A stretch of 64,000 bases of DNA from Alphaproteobacteria bacterium (GCA_045638265.1 JAZUBA010000044.1:62082-126081), one strand, 5' to 3'; shown: positions 19,101-28,668, numbered from the stretch's first letter. Translations and numbers: made by a program. The notes: generated by a model from the letters alone, not told the origin.

Positions 19101-22100
19101 TACTGTTTCAGTAAATAATAAGATCTTGCAAAAAGAAAAATACTTAGGTGTTGCTTCCTCTACAAAATATGTCTATTCAATGGATGACAAAAAACTTGGT
19201 CAAGTATTGCAACCGGGTATTGCTGTTAATAACGATGGCGGATTATTAGGCTGGACGTTGCCTGATGGTACTATCGGCACAAATAAAGGGAGTATCGGTC
19301 GTGTTTTGTTTGACAACAAAGTCGTCAATACAAAGGGCGCTGTTATCGGATCATATATTCCTTTCGGAACAACTGCTTTTGATGATAAAGGTCAAACAAT
19401 CGGATTGGTTAATCAAAACGGTGAAATTGTAACAACTGATGAAATGGTTAAAGGTAAAATCAGAGGAACAGATACAGTTGTTCGCGGGAATAATATTGTT
19501 GGTCAGCTCTTGTCTGATTTGCCGTATATCAGCAATAATTTGCTTGGTAAAACATCGGGTGCCGCACAATTAAATGGTGAAGTTGTTAATGTAACGAATG
19601 GTAAGTCTATCGGTTCGTTGATGACAAATAATTTTGTAACCTCATTTGCCGGTCAGCTTGTTGCTACAAAAACGCCGTTAGGGGTTGCTGTAAATAACTC
19701 TTTGGCTACTTTAGGTGAGTTAAATGTTGATGGAAGTATTAACGGAAATAAAGGTCAAGATGCTCGTGTCAGCGGTTCTGGTGCAATTTATGATGCCGGT
19801 GGAAAGATTTCCGGTTCTGTTTTGCCAATATCAACCTTTATTAATAAAACAGGTGGATTATTAGGTAAAAACGGTACAAATAATCAGATTGTTGATCGAA
19901 CAGGTAAACAAATTGCCGTTCAAATGCCGTTTGGTACAGCTTTAACCGTTAATAACATTTGGGCAGGCGGTACATTACCAAGTGGTATGGCGGTTAATGA
20001 TGATGCTGTTCAATTGGGTGCGACGACTGCAGATGGTGTTGTTTTAGATGAAAATGATATGATTGTCGGTCGTGTATTGAGTGATGGTGCTGTTATCAAT
20101 GTATCTGACAGAGAATTGTTTAATACAATGCCGTACCTTGGTGGTATGGTTTCTCAAGGTATTCCGTTTAGTTATCGTAATAAAGTATTAGGTGCCACAA
20201 CGGTTAATGGTGATGTTATTGATAGCACAGGCGTTAAACTTTTCCGAATACTTGATGATGCTACAATTTTAGGTAAGGATGAACCATTAGTCGGTTCAAT
20301 TTTGCCGATTTTAACAGCTGTTTCCCATTCAGGTGAGTTTTTAGGTACATTGGGTGCTGATGGTCGAGTCATTTTACCAACTGGTGAAGCCAAAGGTAAA
20401 ATAGCTGTTAATGAAACGGTTAAAGGTGAAGAATTTGAAATTTTAGGGGCATTGGTTCCAAGGAGAACAATCACAAACGATTGTCAAATTATTGGTGTTT
20501 CAGCAATGAATGGTTATGTTGTTAATGCACGTGGAGCAGTTGTGGGTCGGGTTAAACCAGATAAATGGGCTGTTTCTCCATCCGGTGAAAAAATTGGTCG
20601 TGTGACACGTAATGGTTTGGTTATTTCTGAAACCGGCGAATATTTAGGTCGTACATTAACAGACTCAACGGTTGTTGACTTGTCAGGTGTCAATTTAGGT
20701 TGTGCTAAAAATGATGGTACAGTTGTTGATAACAATGGCAATGTTATTGGTAAAGTTGTTGAACGTGGTCTTGTTTTAGGTAAAGATGGTAAACCTTTGG
20801 GTCGTATTAAGGCAGACGGTTCTGTCGTGAATGCCAAGGGAGAAGTTGTTGGTAAAGTTTTGGCTAACGGTGATGTTGTTGATGAATACGGTAATGTTAT
20901 TGGACACAATATTGGACGTGACCAAGAAATTTTATACGATGAAAACGGCAATATTAAGGGTACGTTTGGTACAGATGGTACGTTCTATGATTCAAAAACA
21001 GGAAAAGCCGTATTCCGTGTTGATGAAAATGGAAATGTATATGATGCAAACGGTAATTTAATCGGAAAATACAAAGGCGGACAATTCACAACATTAAATG
21101 GTGATCCGATGGATGAAGTAACATTGTTGGTTGACAAAAACGGTAATGCCTTTGGTATTGTTTCTGATTGTGAGGTATTAAGTCCGACCGGAGGCGAAGT
21201 TATTGCTAAAATTCAACCGGATGGCAATGTAGTTGACATGAACGGTGAAGTAAAATATCGTATTTTAGGTACAGGTGTTATTTTGGATACTGCCGGAAAT
21301 GAAATTGGCAAAGTTTCAGGTACATCTGTTAAGTTAGATAAATGTGGTATTAAGAGTATGGATGCTGTGAGCGATGATATTATCGGTCGTTTAAAAGATG
21401 GTATTCTTTATGATAAAGACGGTAATGTAATCGGTGAATTAAAAGACGGTATTCTTTATGATAAAGATGGCAATATTATTGGTTATGTCAAAGATGGCAT
21501 TATTTATGACAAAGATGGTAATATTATTGGTTATATTGATGAAAACGGTAATGTTCACTTGTATGGTAAATCCGGAGATGGTGTTGGTACGGGTGAAGGC
21601 GTAGCTGGACGTGCTATTTTTATCGGAAATAAAAAGTATAATATAACATCTGATGGTAAATCTATTGTAACTGATGATGGTACAATTATTGGTTACATGG
21701 GAGAAGATGGTAAGCCATACACATTGGACAATCGTCAATTAACCGCCAGTGGTGATGCAGCCGGTCGTTCTCGCCCGAATTTTGCGCAACGCCAAGTTGC
21801 AACACCTGAACAAATTCAAAAAATGAAGGATTTGCTGACGAAAAAACGTGAAAGTATGAAAACAAATATACTTGAACGTGGTAAAATTACAGCGGGTGCT
21901 CATGTAAAAGCAATGAGCAGACAGAAAAAAGATGCAAATTGGAAGGGAGTTCCTCGCTCGGTTTCTTCATGGCCGGTTGATATGTCTCGTATGATTTTAC
22001 AGGATAAAGCGATTCCGGCAGTGTTGGTACGTTCTGTTGATTCACGATTCTCTGATGTTCCTGTAACAGCTATTGTTGAACGGCATGTTTATGCTGAAAA

Positions 22101-22968
22101 GGGACGTAACATTTTAATTCCGGCCGGTAGTCGTGTTATCGGTAAGATGTCATCAGGCAGTTATAATGGCAGAGTTGCTAAAATGGAAATTACATGGGAA
22201 CGTTTGATTCGTCCAGATGGTGGTGCCTTTAAATTTACGGCAACATCCGGTGATGCTCAAGGTAGAGGTGGTGTTGCTGCCTATTTGGATGACCAGTTAA
22301 TCAACAAATATGGTAAGCCGGTTATGACATCTGTTGTTACATCTGCGGTATCTTATATGATGGCAGCAAATGATGACTATACGCAAAATGTAAATGACGG
22401 TACGACAACCCAATCTTCAAAATCACAAGCAGTTGCTGATGCACGAGAAAGCTTTATTAGTGCCATGGATAGAATTTTCAATAATTTGATTGAAGATGCA
22501 ACAAGTATCCCAAATGTTGTGTTTGTTCCTTCCGGTACACGTATTACAATTTTCTCACAAGAAGATTTATGGTTGCGTTCAGAAGAAGATGACATTGAAG
22601 AATACGCTAATTCCAGTGATTATCAAGATATGTCTCAAGCTCAAAAGCCGAATACAAGTTCTTGGGTTGATAAACGAACTGGTGGTGATTCTGAAACTGA
22701 GGAAGATGAAGATACAGAAGATGAAGAAGATTCTGAAAAATCTGATGAAGATAAGAAATCAGAGTTACCAAATTATTATCAGCCGAATGATTCATATAAA
22801 TCGTCGTCGGTCAATGGTAATGATGTTGTTTTAAATTCTGTTACCTCTTCGACAAATGAACCAGTTTATGATGGCACCGCGAATCGGGTTGTTGAGGATA
22901 TTCCACTCAAAGAACGTGCAGTCGTACCTGTTTTACCGAAAAGCGGTACTTCTAGCCGATTATTTTAA
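16144..22968 (+). CDS. virB10: Giant VirB10/TrbI-family protein (TM, Ig-like domain, ~1600 aa of beta-hairpin repeats, TrbI domain, acidic tail)
   Basis: C-terminal IPAVLVRSVDS, ILIPAGSRVIG, WERLIRPDG, DAQGRGG. Lies between virB9 and virB11. Confidence 0.85.
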   Translation: MTRNRGTSSSEQYAKKSNRLLLFVGILAIIVFFVLILLMSGGNNKKAETVETEIWGGASDIDDVAPKPKDVDVFYRGEAKLKADPEQISMDRVVIGSKVDAILTLTAENKPIQFLKVDFVQQQADGFTFDTTCSADTIIQPGENCIVKIMWNPVKLQQLQNNLIVTWKESSTTAFNDFTTNVLVKGQSIDSECCVTCEDSATKKEAEPRMAMGLDGNLYEVDKDGYITLPDGTRVKVTDNGLFIDENGNIVGIIQPEYIALNMKNEVIGNITPSNEVTNANGESIGKLLGDKTIVDSKLTVLGAGVPVLPVMNKQGEVVGKMTKDGTVVDAQGKVIGKVWVDGQAVALDGTQIGYIRPWGLVADFNGKIIGGIISDGRVFNAKNETVAQITPGGFAINTQGELVGATIPQGVAVGAGCQSLGKVLLNGDVRDSFDQIIGTALIDGTIVNTKNEEIGSVISQGLVINESGSVVGFVNSEGKAVSGQGKVIGCVNPNGTISAGKRLVGSVLAKGHVIGYSCNSIGSVFPSGEVYNSALNVVGKVMPDGFVKDAENKIIGLVVTRAAAVANGCRLLGLVSITGEIIDLSKKVVGCLTPEKTVVDSSGKIVGSIAPRGVVYKDDGSILGRVRLDGKVMDLQGKVIGCYNADGTITTLSGEILAHGKQGDGVILDADGNPTGWTRIGNEIFDANGNKIGEVNSNNVIVDANGRYIGFIPENGVIFSPEGLIIGRYSSKIGYAVNQNNERFGRILPNNTVVSADTGEVVGGLIPDNAGFIDKGSKLLGYMKVDGTLTDNEGNIIGAIRGDGTVIDKDGNVIGYRILEGRVVSMTGKDVGTVMKDGTVVSGEHTTIGHVDGLGLAVSENGKILGAVMPKLGLGYDGVGLLGYMAPDGTMTDNSGSVIGKALPFGLIVSADGTAIGKLRDMAVYVNQDNKTIGWISFEGTLKGKDNRVVGNIKPAGLATDKNNNLIGYAINKGIVVDGSGKMISTVSVNNKILQKEKYLGVASSTKYVYSMDDKKLGQVLQPGIAVNNDGGLLGWTLPDGTIGTNKGSIGRVLFDNKVVNTKGAVIGSYIPFGTTAFDDKGQTIGLVNQNGEIVTTDEMVKGKIRGTDTVVRGNNIVGQLLSDLPYISNNLLGKTSGAAQLNGEVVNVTNGKSIGSLMTNNFVTSFAGQLVATKTPLGVAVNNSLATLGELNVDGSINGNKGQDARVSGSGAIYDAGGKISGSVLPISTFINKTGGLLGKNGTNNQIVDRTGKQIAVQMPFGTALTVNNIWAGGTLPSGMAVNDDAVQLGATTADGVVLDENDMIVGRVLSDGAVINVSDRELFNTMPYLGGMVSQGIPFSYRNKVLGATTVNGDVIDSTGVKLFRILDDATILGKDEPLVGSILPILTAVSHSGEFLGTLGADGRVILPTGEAKGKIAVNETVKGEEFEILGALVPRRTITNDCQIIGVSAMNGYVVNARGAVVGRVKPDKWAVSPSGEKIGRVTRNGLVISETGEYLGRTLTDSTVVDLSGVNLGCAKNDGTVVDNNGNVIGKVVERGLVLGKDGKPLGRIKADGSVVNAKGEVVGKVLANGDVVDEYGNVIGHNIGRDQEILYDENGNIKGTFGTDGTFYDSKTGKAVFRVDENGNVYDANGNLIGKYKGGQFTTLNGDPMDEVTLLVDKNGNAFGIVSDCEVLSPTGGEVIAKIQPDGNVVDMNGEVKYRILGTGVILDTAGNEIGKVSGTSVKLDKCGIKSMDAVSDDIIGRLKDGILYDKDGNVIGELKDGILYDKDGNIIGYVKDGIIYDKDGNIIGYIDENGNVHLYGKSGDGVGTGEGVAGRAIFIGNKKYNITSDGKSIVTDDGTIIGYMGEDGKPYTLDNRQLTASGDAAGRSRPNFAQRQVATPEQIQKMKDLLTKKRESMKTNILERGKITAGAHVKAMSRQKKDANWKGVPRSVSSWPVDMSRMILQDKAIPAVLVRSVDSRFSDVPVTAIVERHVYAEKGRNILIPAGSRVIGKMSSGSYNGRVAKMEITWERLIRPDGGAFKFTATSGDAQGRGGVAAYLDDQLINKYGKPVMTSVVTSAVSYMMAANDDYTQNVNDGTTTQSSKSQAVADARESFISAMDRIFNNLIEDATSIPNVVFVPSGTRITIFSQEDLWLRSEEDDIEEYANSSDYQDMSQAQKPNTSSWVDKRTGGDSETEEDEDTEDEEDSEKSDEDKKSELPNYYQPNDSYKSSSVNGNDVVLNSVTSSTNEPVYDGTANRVVEDIPLKERAVVPVLPKSGTSSRLF
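21391..21534 (+). repeat. Three tandem 48-bp (16-aa) repeats in virB10
   Basis: LKDGILYDKDGNVIGE / LKDGILYDKDGNIIGY / VKDGIIYDKDGNIIGY, with high DNA identity. Confidence 0.85.
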
Positions 22969-22992
22969 TTAACCAATGAAAGGAGGGGGACA

Positions 22993-23982
22993 ATGGGTGA
23001 GTTATCAATCAGTGATACATATAAAGTGCTAGAATCGGCACTACGTCCCCTTTCATATTGGTATAATCAGGATAATGTAGAAGAAGTTGCCGTTGATTCA
23101 CCGGGCGGTATTTGGTTGCGGTTACGTGGCAAACATGCTCATCCTTGGCACTATTATGAAGATGGTAAATTAACAAGAGAGTTTTTAAATAACATCTTAT
23201 ATATCATTGCGAATACATACGATTATGCTTTTGATCCGGAACAAGGAACTCCTGTTGTGTATGCAACATTACCAGGAGGTCATCGTTTTACGGGTATTTC
23301 AGGCAGAAATGTTATGTATGATAACAACGACTTAACAGGCGGTATTGCATTGGCGATTCGTGTTTATCGTGAAGATGTTTCAATTAAAATGAGTGATTTC
23401 GGATTAAGTGAAGGGGCACGATTGCGACCGTTAAATCGTTTAAAGCAAGTTGAAGATCCTGACGATCCGTTTGAGCGTTTGCTCTTATCTATTAAACGTG
23501 GTGATCATGTTTTAGTTAGTGGTGCAACTGCAACCGGTAAAACAACATTCTTGAACAATTTAATCAAGATTTTGGACCCTCATAAACGTATTTTAACGAT
23601 TGAGGATACACGAGAATTAATTGTACCTCACAAAAACAGAGTTCATATTGTTTTACCTCGTACGGAATTAACTAATAAATTTGATTATAAGAGAGTTATT
23701 GACTTGGCTGTTCGTTTCACACCGGATGCGATTATTGGTGGTGAAATTTCAACGTCTAATGCCGGTGCATTATGGGAATTGATGGGATCAGGACATGATA
23801 ACTGTTTTGCTACCATTCACGCTGAAAGTCCCGAAGCAGCCTATAAAGCCTTTATTGGTAGAATTTTGCACTCATATCCGACAACGGATAGAGAAAAAAC
23901 ATATCGTGAAATGAAAGAAAAGTTACGTGTTGTGCAAATTAATCGTGATGGTAATATTCGTGCTGTTACTGAAGTTACATAA
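22993..23982 (+). CDS. virB11: VirB11 traffic ATPase
   Basis: Walker A GATATGKTT, Asp box IEDTREL, PDAIIGGEI, His box GHDNCFATIHA. Confidence 0.9.
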   Translation: MGELSISDTYKVLESALRPLSYWYNQDNVEEVAVDSPGGIWLRLRGKHAHPWHYYEDGKLTREFLNNILYIIANTYDYAFDPEQGTPVVYATLPGGHRFTGISGRNVMYDNNDLTGGIALAIRVYREDVSIKMSDFGLSEGARLRPLNRLKQVEDPDDPFERLLLSIKRGDHVLVSGATATGKTTFLNNLIKILDPHKRILTIEDTRELIVPHKNRVHIVLPRTELTNKFDYKRVIDLAVRFTPDAIIGGEISTSNAGALWELMGSGHDNCFATIHAESPEAAYKAFIGRILHSYPTTDREKTYREMKEKLRVVQINRDGNIRAVTEVT

Positions 23983-23990
23983 TAATTTAC

Positions 23991-24018
23991 AAAACACCGT
24001 TGTTTTTACGGTGTTTTT
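23991..24018 (+). terminator. Terminator after virB11
   Basis: aaaacaccgt-tgttttt-acggtgtttt hairpin. Confidence 0.7.
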
Positions 24019-24156
24019 AGTTATTAATAGAGATATTTTTTAGAAAAAATATAACATTAATGATAAAATAAAATGGTAGAAATGTTTTAGTTTAAATAAG
24101 CCCTTGAATAAGTTTCAAGGGCTGTTTATAATTGTATCTAAATAAGTTTTGTAAAT

Positions 24157-25818
24157 TTAGTTTTGACTAAATTTAACTCCTGACAACACTGTCCCGTTAC
24201 AGCTAATTCCTTGTGATAAAATATCAGCTCCTGCTTCGCAAACAGCAGATGATGGAAAAGTGATTGTCATTGTAACGCTATTAGAATCGATAGATATAAC
24301 GTCTAATGTACCACCATTTGGTAAGTCATTGGAGGAAAGTAATCCAAATTGTTTTAGTGTCATAGATGAAATATCGGCTGATTTTCCTGTGCGTGCTAAA
24401 GAAATTTGGTCCTGAGCAAATGAGAGTGCTGCTAACTTGTTTGCCAAATCAATAACTTCTCTTGCCTGATGACGAGCTTGTGCTTTTTCAATGCCGACAA
24501 TTAAACCTTCATAAAAATGAGTAACACTTGTTTTGGGTTCTGTTTGACGTAATTTTTCAATTTCATCTAAGAAAATCGTTTTAAATTCTGTTGCACGGGG
24601 TGTGTTCCAAAATTCTTCAGTTTTTGATGCAAATTGATTAAGGGATAACTGCTCTGTTTGACCTTGTAGATCAGTCAACATAACTGTATCACCATTTATT
24701 TGTGCTGTCATATATTCATTTGGTGAATTAATAAACTTGATTTCACCGTTGATTGTTTGTGCTTGGGGGTTAATACTTAATTCTTTGGATTCAAGAATAT
24801 TAATACCGTTTAAATCTGTTACAATAAAATTACGAATAAGAATTTCTTGAGGAATCGGATTAATCACTCCCATAGAAATCGACATAAACATACCCATATA
24901 GTCGTTGATTCCTTGTGCTTGAAGTAATTGTTCCTGAATTTGTTTTAAAGCAGTGCTTTTGATAATCAAATCAAATGAAGTGAGTTTTTTTTCTGAAATA
25001 GGATATAAGGCGTCAAAGCTAAATCCGTCTTCAATAGATTTGAGATTAATAACGTTTTTTTCATTAAAATTATACATACTGAAATAAGAATCATCAGCCA
25101 TTCTGGCTAATAACAAATTAATACTACCTGAAAACTCTGAATCTTTTTTCTGTTGAGGTGTATATCCTGATAATTTTGTAATTTCAATATTTTTTAAATG
25201 ATTAATTAATTCATTCGGTTGTTGTGTTTTTGAAAAATTGTAGCCACTTTCAATTAAACCGGATATATTTTTAGCCTGAATTGTTAATTCTGAAATTAAG
25301 TTATTATTTTTATTTATTGTTTCAAATGTAATGGTATCATTATCATCGTGAAATGTAATTTTTGCTGTTTTGAAAATATAATGCTCTAAATCTTTTGCCT
25401 GTTGTTCACTAATGTTATTTTGTGATGCATCATTATATATTTTCCCTATTGTGTTTCCCTCGTCAATAATTTGAAAGGTTGTTTTTTTTGTAAAATGAGG
25501 AAAATTAAAAGCTCCATCAAATATAACCCGAATCGGCTTGCCATCTACATCTTGTGTTATATCAAACGATTCAACAGAAATACAACGAGCAAATTCATCT
25601 GGTTTTTCTTCTGCTTGTTTTATCAATTCCTGCATTTTTTGTTGTTCGCAAACAATTTTGCCTTTCACACCTTCCGGTGTTTTGAAAGAGCCGTCTTCTT
25701 CAATAGAAATTTGATTGAAAAATGATGTGTTGTTTGTTGTATCAGTTGTTGGTGTATTGGCATAGACTGAAATATTGAAAGCCGTTAAACCAATGGCACA
25801 TAAAATATACTTTTTCAT
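24157..25818 (-). CDS. Secreted protein with C-terminal pilin-like domain
   Basis: Sec signal ending VYA|N. C-terminal GLIVGIEKAQARHQAREVIDLANKLA...PSSAVC aligns with the pilin-like protein at 63268. Confidence 0.6.
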   Translation of the reverse strand: MKKYILCAIGLTAFNISVYANTPTTDTTNNTSFFNQISIEEDGSFKTPEGVKGKIVCEQQKMQELIKQAEEKPDEFARCISVESFDITQDVDGKPIRVIFDGAFNFPHFTKKTTFQIIDEGNTIGKIYNDASQNNISEQQAKDLEHYIFKTAKITFHDDNDTITFETINKNNNLISELTIQAKNISGLIESGYNFSKTQQPNELINHLKNIEITKLSGYTPQQKKDSEFSGSINLLLARMADDSYFSMYNFNEKNVINLKSIEDGFSFDALYPISEKKLTSFDLIIKSTALKQIQEQLLQAQGINDYMGMFMSISMGVINPIPQEILIRNFIVTDLNGINILESKELSINPQAQTINGEIKFINSPNEYMTAQINGDTVMLTDLQGQTEQLSLNQFASKTEEFWNTPRATEFKTIFLDEIEKLRQTEPKTSVTHFYEGLIVGIEKAQARHQAREVIDLANKLAALSFAQDQISLARTGKSADISSMTLKQFGLLSSNDLPNGGTLDVISIDSNSVTMTITFPSSAVCEAGADILSQGISCNGTVLSGVKFSQN

Positions 25819-25890
25819 TTATCCCCCTTTGTTAAGTTATATTATATGATAGTATTATATGCTTTTTGAGTGGGGGTCAAGTATTTTATA

Positions 25891-25919
25891 AAAAAAACGC
25901 CTTTTTCAAGGCGTTTTTT
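25891..25919 (-). terminator. Terminator after alaS
   Basis: aaaaaacgcctt-tttc-aaggcgtttttt hairpin. Confidence 0.75.
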
Positions 25920-25924
25920 GTGTT

Positions 25925-28570
25925 TTATATTTTTTGCTTAATAGCTTGAAGTGCGTCAGTCATTTTTGTTGTGTCAGATCCGCCTGCTTGTGCCATATCC
26001 GGACGACCACCGCCACCTTTGCCACCAACAATTTCAGAAGCTAACCGTACCAATTCAACTGCATTGAATTGGTTGGTTAAATCAGATGTAACACCAACAA
26101 CAACAGAAACTTTATCTTCAAAAGATGAAACAAGTGTAATGACACCACTACCGATTTTTTGTTTAAAAGCATCTACTAATGGTTTTAGTTCTTTGGCGGG
26201 TGTGTCTGTTAAAACTTTACCGACAAATGAAACACCATTAATTACCTCAATATCATTATTTTGAGAGCCGGATGAACTACCCATAGCAACTTTTCGGCGT
26301 AAATCAGCAATTTCTTTTTCCATCCGTTTTTTGTCTTCTTGTAGCGTAATTACTTTTGTCATCATATCTTCCGTGCTGGTTGATTTTAACGTTCCCATCA
26401 AAGATTCAAGGATGTTATTTTGTTGACGCATTAATAATAAAGCACTTTCACCGACAACGGCTTCAATCCGACGCACACCAGCTGAAATACCGGCTTCTGA
26501 AACCAATCGGAATAATCCGATGTCTCCGGTAGCACGAGCATGTGTTCCACCGCATAATTCACAAGAATGACGATTTTCACCTTCACCCATAGAAACAACC
26601 CGTACTGTTTCGCCGTATTTTTCATCAAACAAAGCCATAGCCCCTTTTTCAATGGCTGCTTCAGGTGTCATTAAATCCGTAATAACGGGAACGTTAGATA
26701 AAATCATATCATTAACGCATTTTTCTGTTTTTTGAATTTCTTCCTGTGTCATAGCTTTTGGATAAGTAAAGTCAAAACGGAAGCCGTTTGGCATAACCAA
26801 AGAACCTTTTTGATGTACTTGTGGACCTAATACTTTTTGCAAAGCAGCTTGCAATAAGTGTGTAGCCGAGTGGTGTGCTCGAATGTTAAAACGACGACCT
26901 TTATCAATTGCAAAAACACCTGTGTCTCCAACAGAAACAGAACCTGAAACAACTGTACAAATATGAACGATGAGATTGTTATCTGCTTTACGTAACGTAT
27001 TTGTAACTTCTAATGTGGCTTTTTCAGTTTTAATTGTACCTGTATCGCCGACTTGACCACCCATTTCTCCATAGAATGGTGTTTGATTGGCAATAACGGA
27101 AACAGTTTCACCTGTTTGAACCGATTGTACGGATTCGCCGTTATGAATTAAAGCAACAATTTGTGCTTCGGCTTCGTCAGAATCGTATCCTAAAAATTCA
27201 CTTGTTCCGACGGTTTCAGCTGTTTGGAAGTAGATTTTTTCATCAGCATTATCGCCTGAACCTGTCCATGATTTACGAGCTTCTGCTTTTTGTTTCTCCA
27301 TGGCTTCGTTAAACCCATCTGTATCTACGTTGATTCCTTTTAGACGTAAAGCATCTTGTGTTAAATCCAACGGAAAACCGTAAGTATCATATAATTTAAA
27401 TGCTACATCGCCGGCAAGAGAATCGCCTTGGCTTAATGAAGCTGTTTCATCAGCCAACAGTTTTAATCCTTTGTCTAAAGTTTGTTTAAATCTTTCTTCT
27501 TCTAATTTTAAGGAATCAACAATCAGACGTTGATTCTTTTCCAGTTCAGGATAATCTCCTCCCATTGTACTAATTAATGATGGAACCAATTGATGCATAA
27601 GCGGATCTTTACACCCGATTAAATGAGCATGACGCATGGCACGACGCATAATGCGACGTAATACATAGCCTCTGCCTTCATTAGATGGTAAAACGCCATC
27701 AGCTAATAAGAAAGATGTTGCCCGTAAGTGATCGGCAATAACACGTAAAGATGTTTTGTGTTCGCCATAAGGTTCCACTTTGGCCAATTCCGCTGCATTT
27801 TCAATGATTGTTGTGAAAATGTCAATACCATAGTTATCGTTTGTTCCATGTAAAATAGCGCTGACACGTTCTAATCCGGAACCTGTATCAATACATTTTT
27901 CAGGAATAGAAATGCGTTCTCCGGATGGTAAATCTTCATATTGGTCAAAAACAAGATTCCAAATTTCAATAAATCTGTCACCATCTTCATCAGGTGTGCC
28001 TGGTTTATCTCCCCAATATTGTTCACCGTGATCATAAAAGATTTCGGAACACGGACCACATGGACCTGTATCACCCATTTGCCAAAAGTTATCTTTTGTG
28101 GCAATTCGGATGATGTTTTCATCTGTCAAACCAGCAATTTTTTTCCATAAATTAAAAGCTTCATCATCGGTATGATAAACAGTTACCAATAATTTTGATT
28201 TGTCTAATTGAAGTTCTTTTGTTAAAAGTTCCCAAGCATAATAAATTGCTTTTTCTTTGAAATAATCACCAAAAGCAAAGTTGCCTAACATTTCAAAAAA
28301 TGTATGATGTCGTTTTGTATATCCGACATTATCCAAATCGTTGTGTTTTCCACCGGCACGAACGGATTTTTGAATGGTTGCAGCACGAGGGAAAGGCGGT
28401 TTTTCTGCACCTGTGAAATAATTTTTAAATTGAACCATGCCCGAATTGGTAAACATTAAAGTCGGGTCATTTTTCGGAACAAGAGAACTTGCCGGAACAA
28501 TAACGTGATCTTGTTTTTTAAAATAATCGATAAATGTTTTGCGTATTTGTGCAGTAATATTTTGACTCAT
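25925..28570 (-). CDS. alaS: Alanine--tRNA ligase
   Basis: Motifs DPTLMFTNSGM, HHTFFEMLGNF, HSATHLL, ELCGGTH, GGGGRPDMAQAGG. Confidence 0.98.
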   Translation of the reverse strand: MSQNITAQIRKTFIDYFKKQDHVIVPASSLVPKNDPTLMFTNSGMVQFKNYFTGAEKPPFPRAATIQKSVRAGGKHNDLDNVGYTKRHHTFFEMLGNFAFGDYFKEKAIYYAWELLTKELQLDKSKLLVTVYHTDDEAFNLWKKIAGLTDENIIRIATKDNFWQMGDTGPCGPCSEIFYDHGEQYWGDKPGTPDEDGDRFIEIWNLVFDQYEDLPSGERISIPEKCIDTGSGLERVSAILHGTNDNYGIDIFTTIIENAAELAKVEPYGEHKTSLRVIADHLRATSFLLADGVLPSNEGRGYVLRRIMRRAMRHAHLIGCKDPLMHQLVPSLISTMGGDYPELEKNQRLIVDSLKLEEERFKQTLDKGLKLLADETASLSQGDSLAGDVAFKLYDTYGFPLDLTQDALRLKGINVDTDGFNEAMEKQKAEARKSWTGSGDNADEKIYFQTAETVGTSEFLGYDSDEAEAQIVALIHNGESVQSVQTGETVSVIANQTPFYGEMGGQVGDTGTIKTEKATLEVTNTLRKADNNLIVHICTVVSGSVSVGDTGVFAIDKGRRFNIRAHHSATHLLQAALQKVLGPQVHQKGSLVMPNGFRFDFTYPKAMTQEEIQKTEKCVNDMILSNVPVITDLMTPEAAIEKGAMALFDEKYGETVRVVSMGEGENRHSCELCGGTHARATGDIGLFRLVSEAGISAGVRRIEAVVGESALLLMRQQNNILESLMGTLKSTSTEDMMTKVITLQEDKKRMEKEIADLRRKVAMGSSSGSQNNDIEVINGVSFVGKVLTDTPAKELKPLVDAFKQKIGSGVITLVSSFEDKVSVVVGVTSDLTNQFNAVELVRLASEIVGGKGGGGRPDMAQAGGSDTTKMTDALQAIKQKI

Positions 28571-28639
28571 AATTATCCTCTTTTTGCTTTTGAATTAAAA
28601 TAATAAATACTTATACGCTGTTTTTTATTTTTTTTCAAT

Positions 28640-28668
28640 AAAAAATCCGGCCTTAAAACCGGATTTTT
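28640..28668 (-). terminator. Terminator after recA
   Basis: aaaaatccgg-ccttaaaa-ccggattttt hairpin. Confidence 0.7.

Noticed and set aside
16750-21750. Repetitive DNA as a CRISPR array or separate adhesin gene
   Set aside because: The repeats are in-frame protein repeats in one ORF ending in a TrbI domain. There is no repeat-spacer structure and no cas gene in the window.
6175-23982. T4SS as part of a conjugative element or ICE
   Set aside because: No relaxase, coupling protein, integrase or att repeats around it. It is flanked by folD and alaS/recA.
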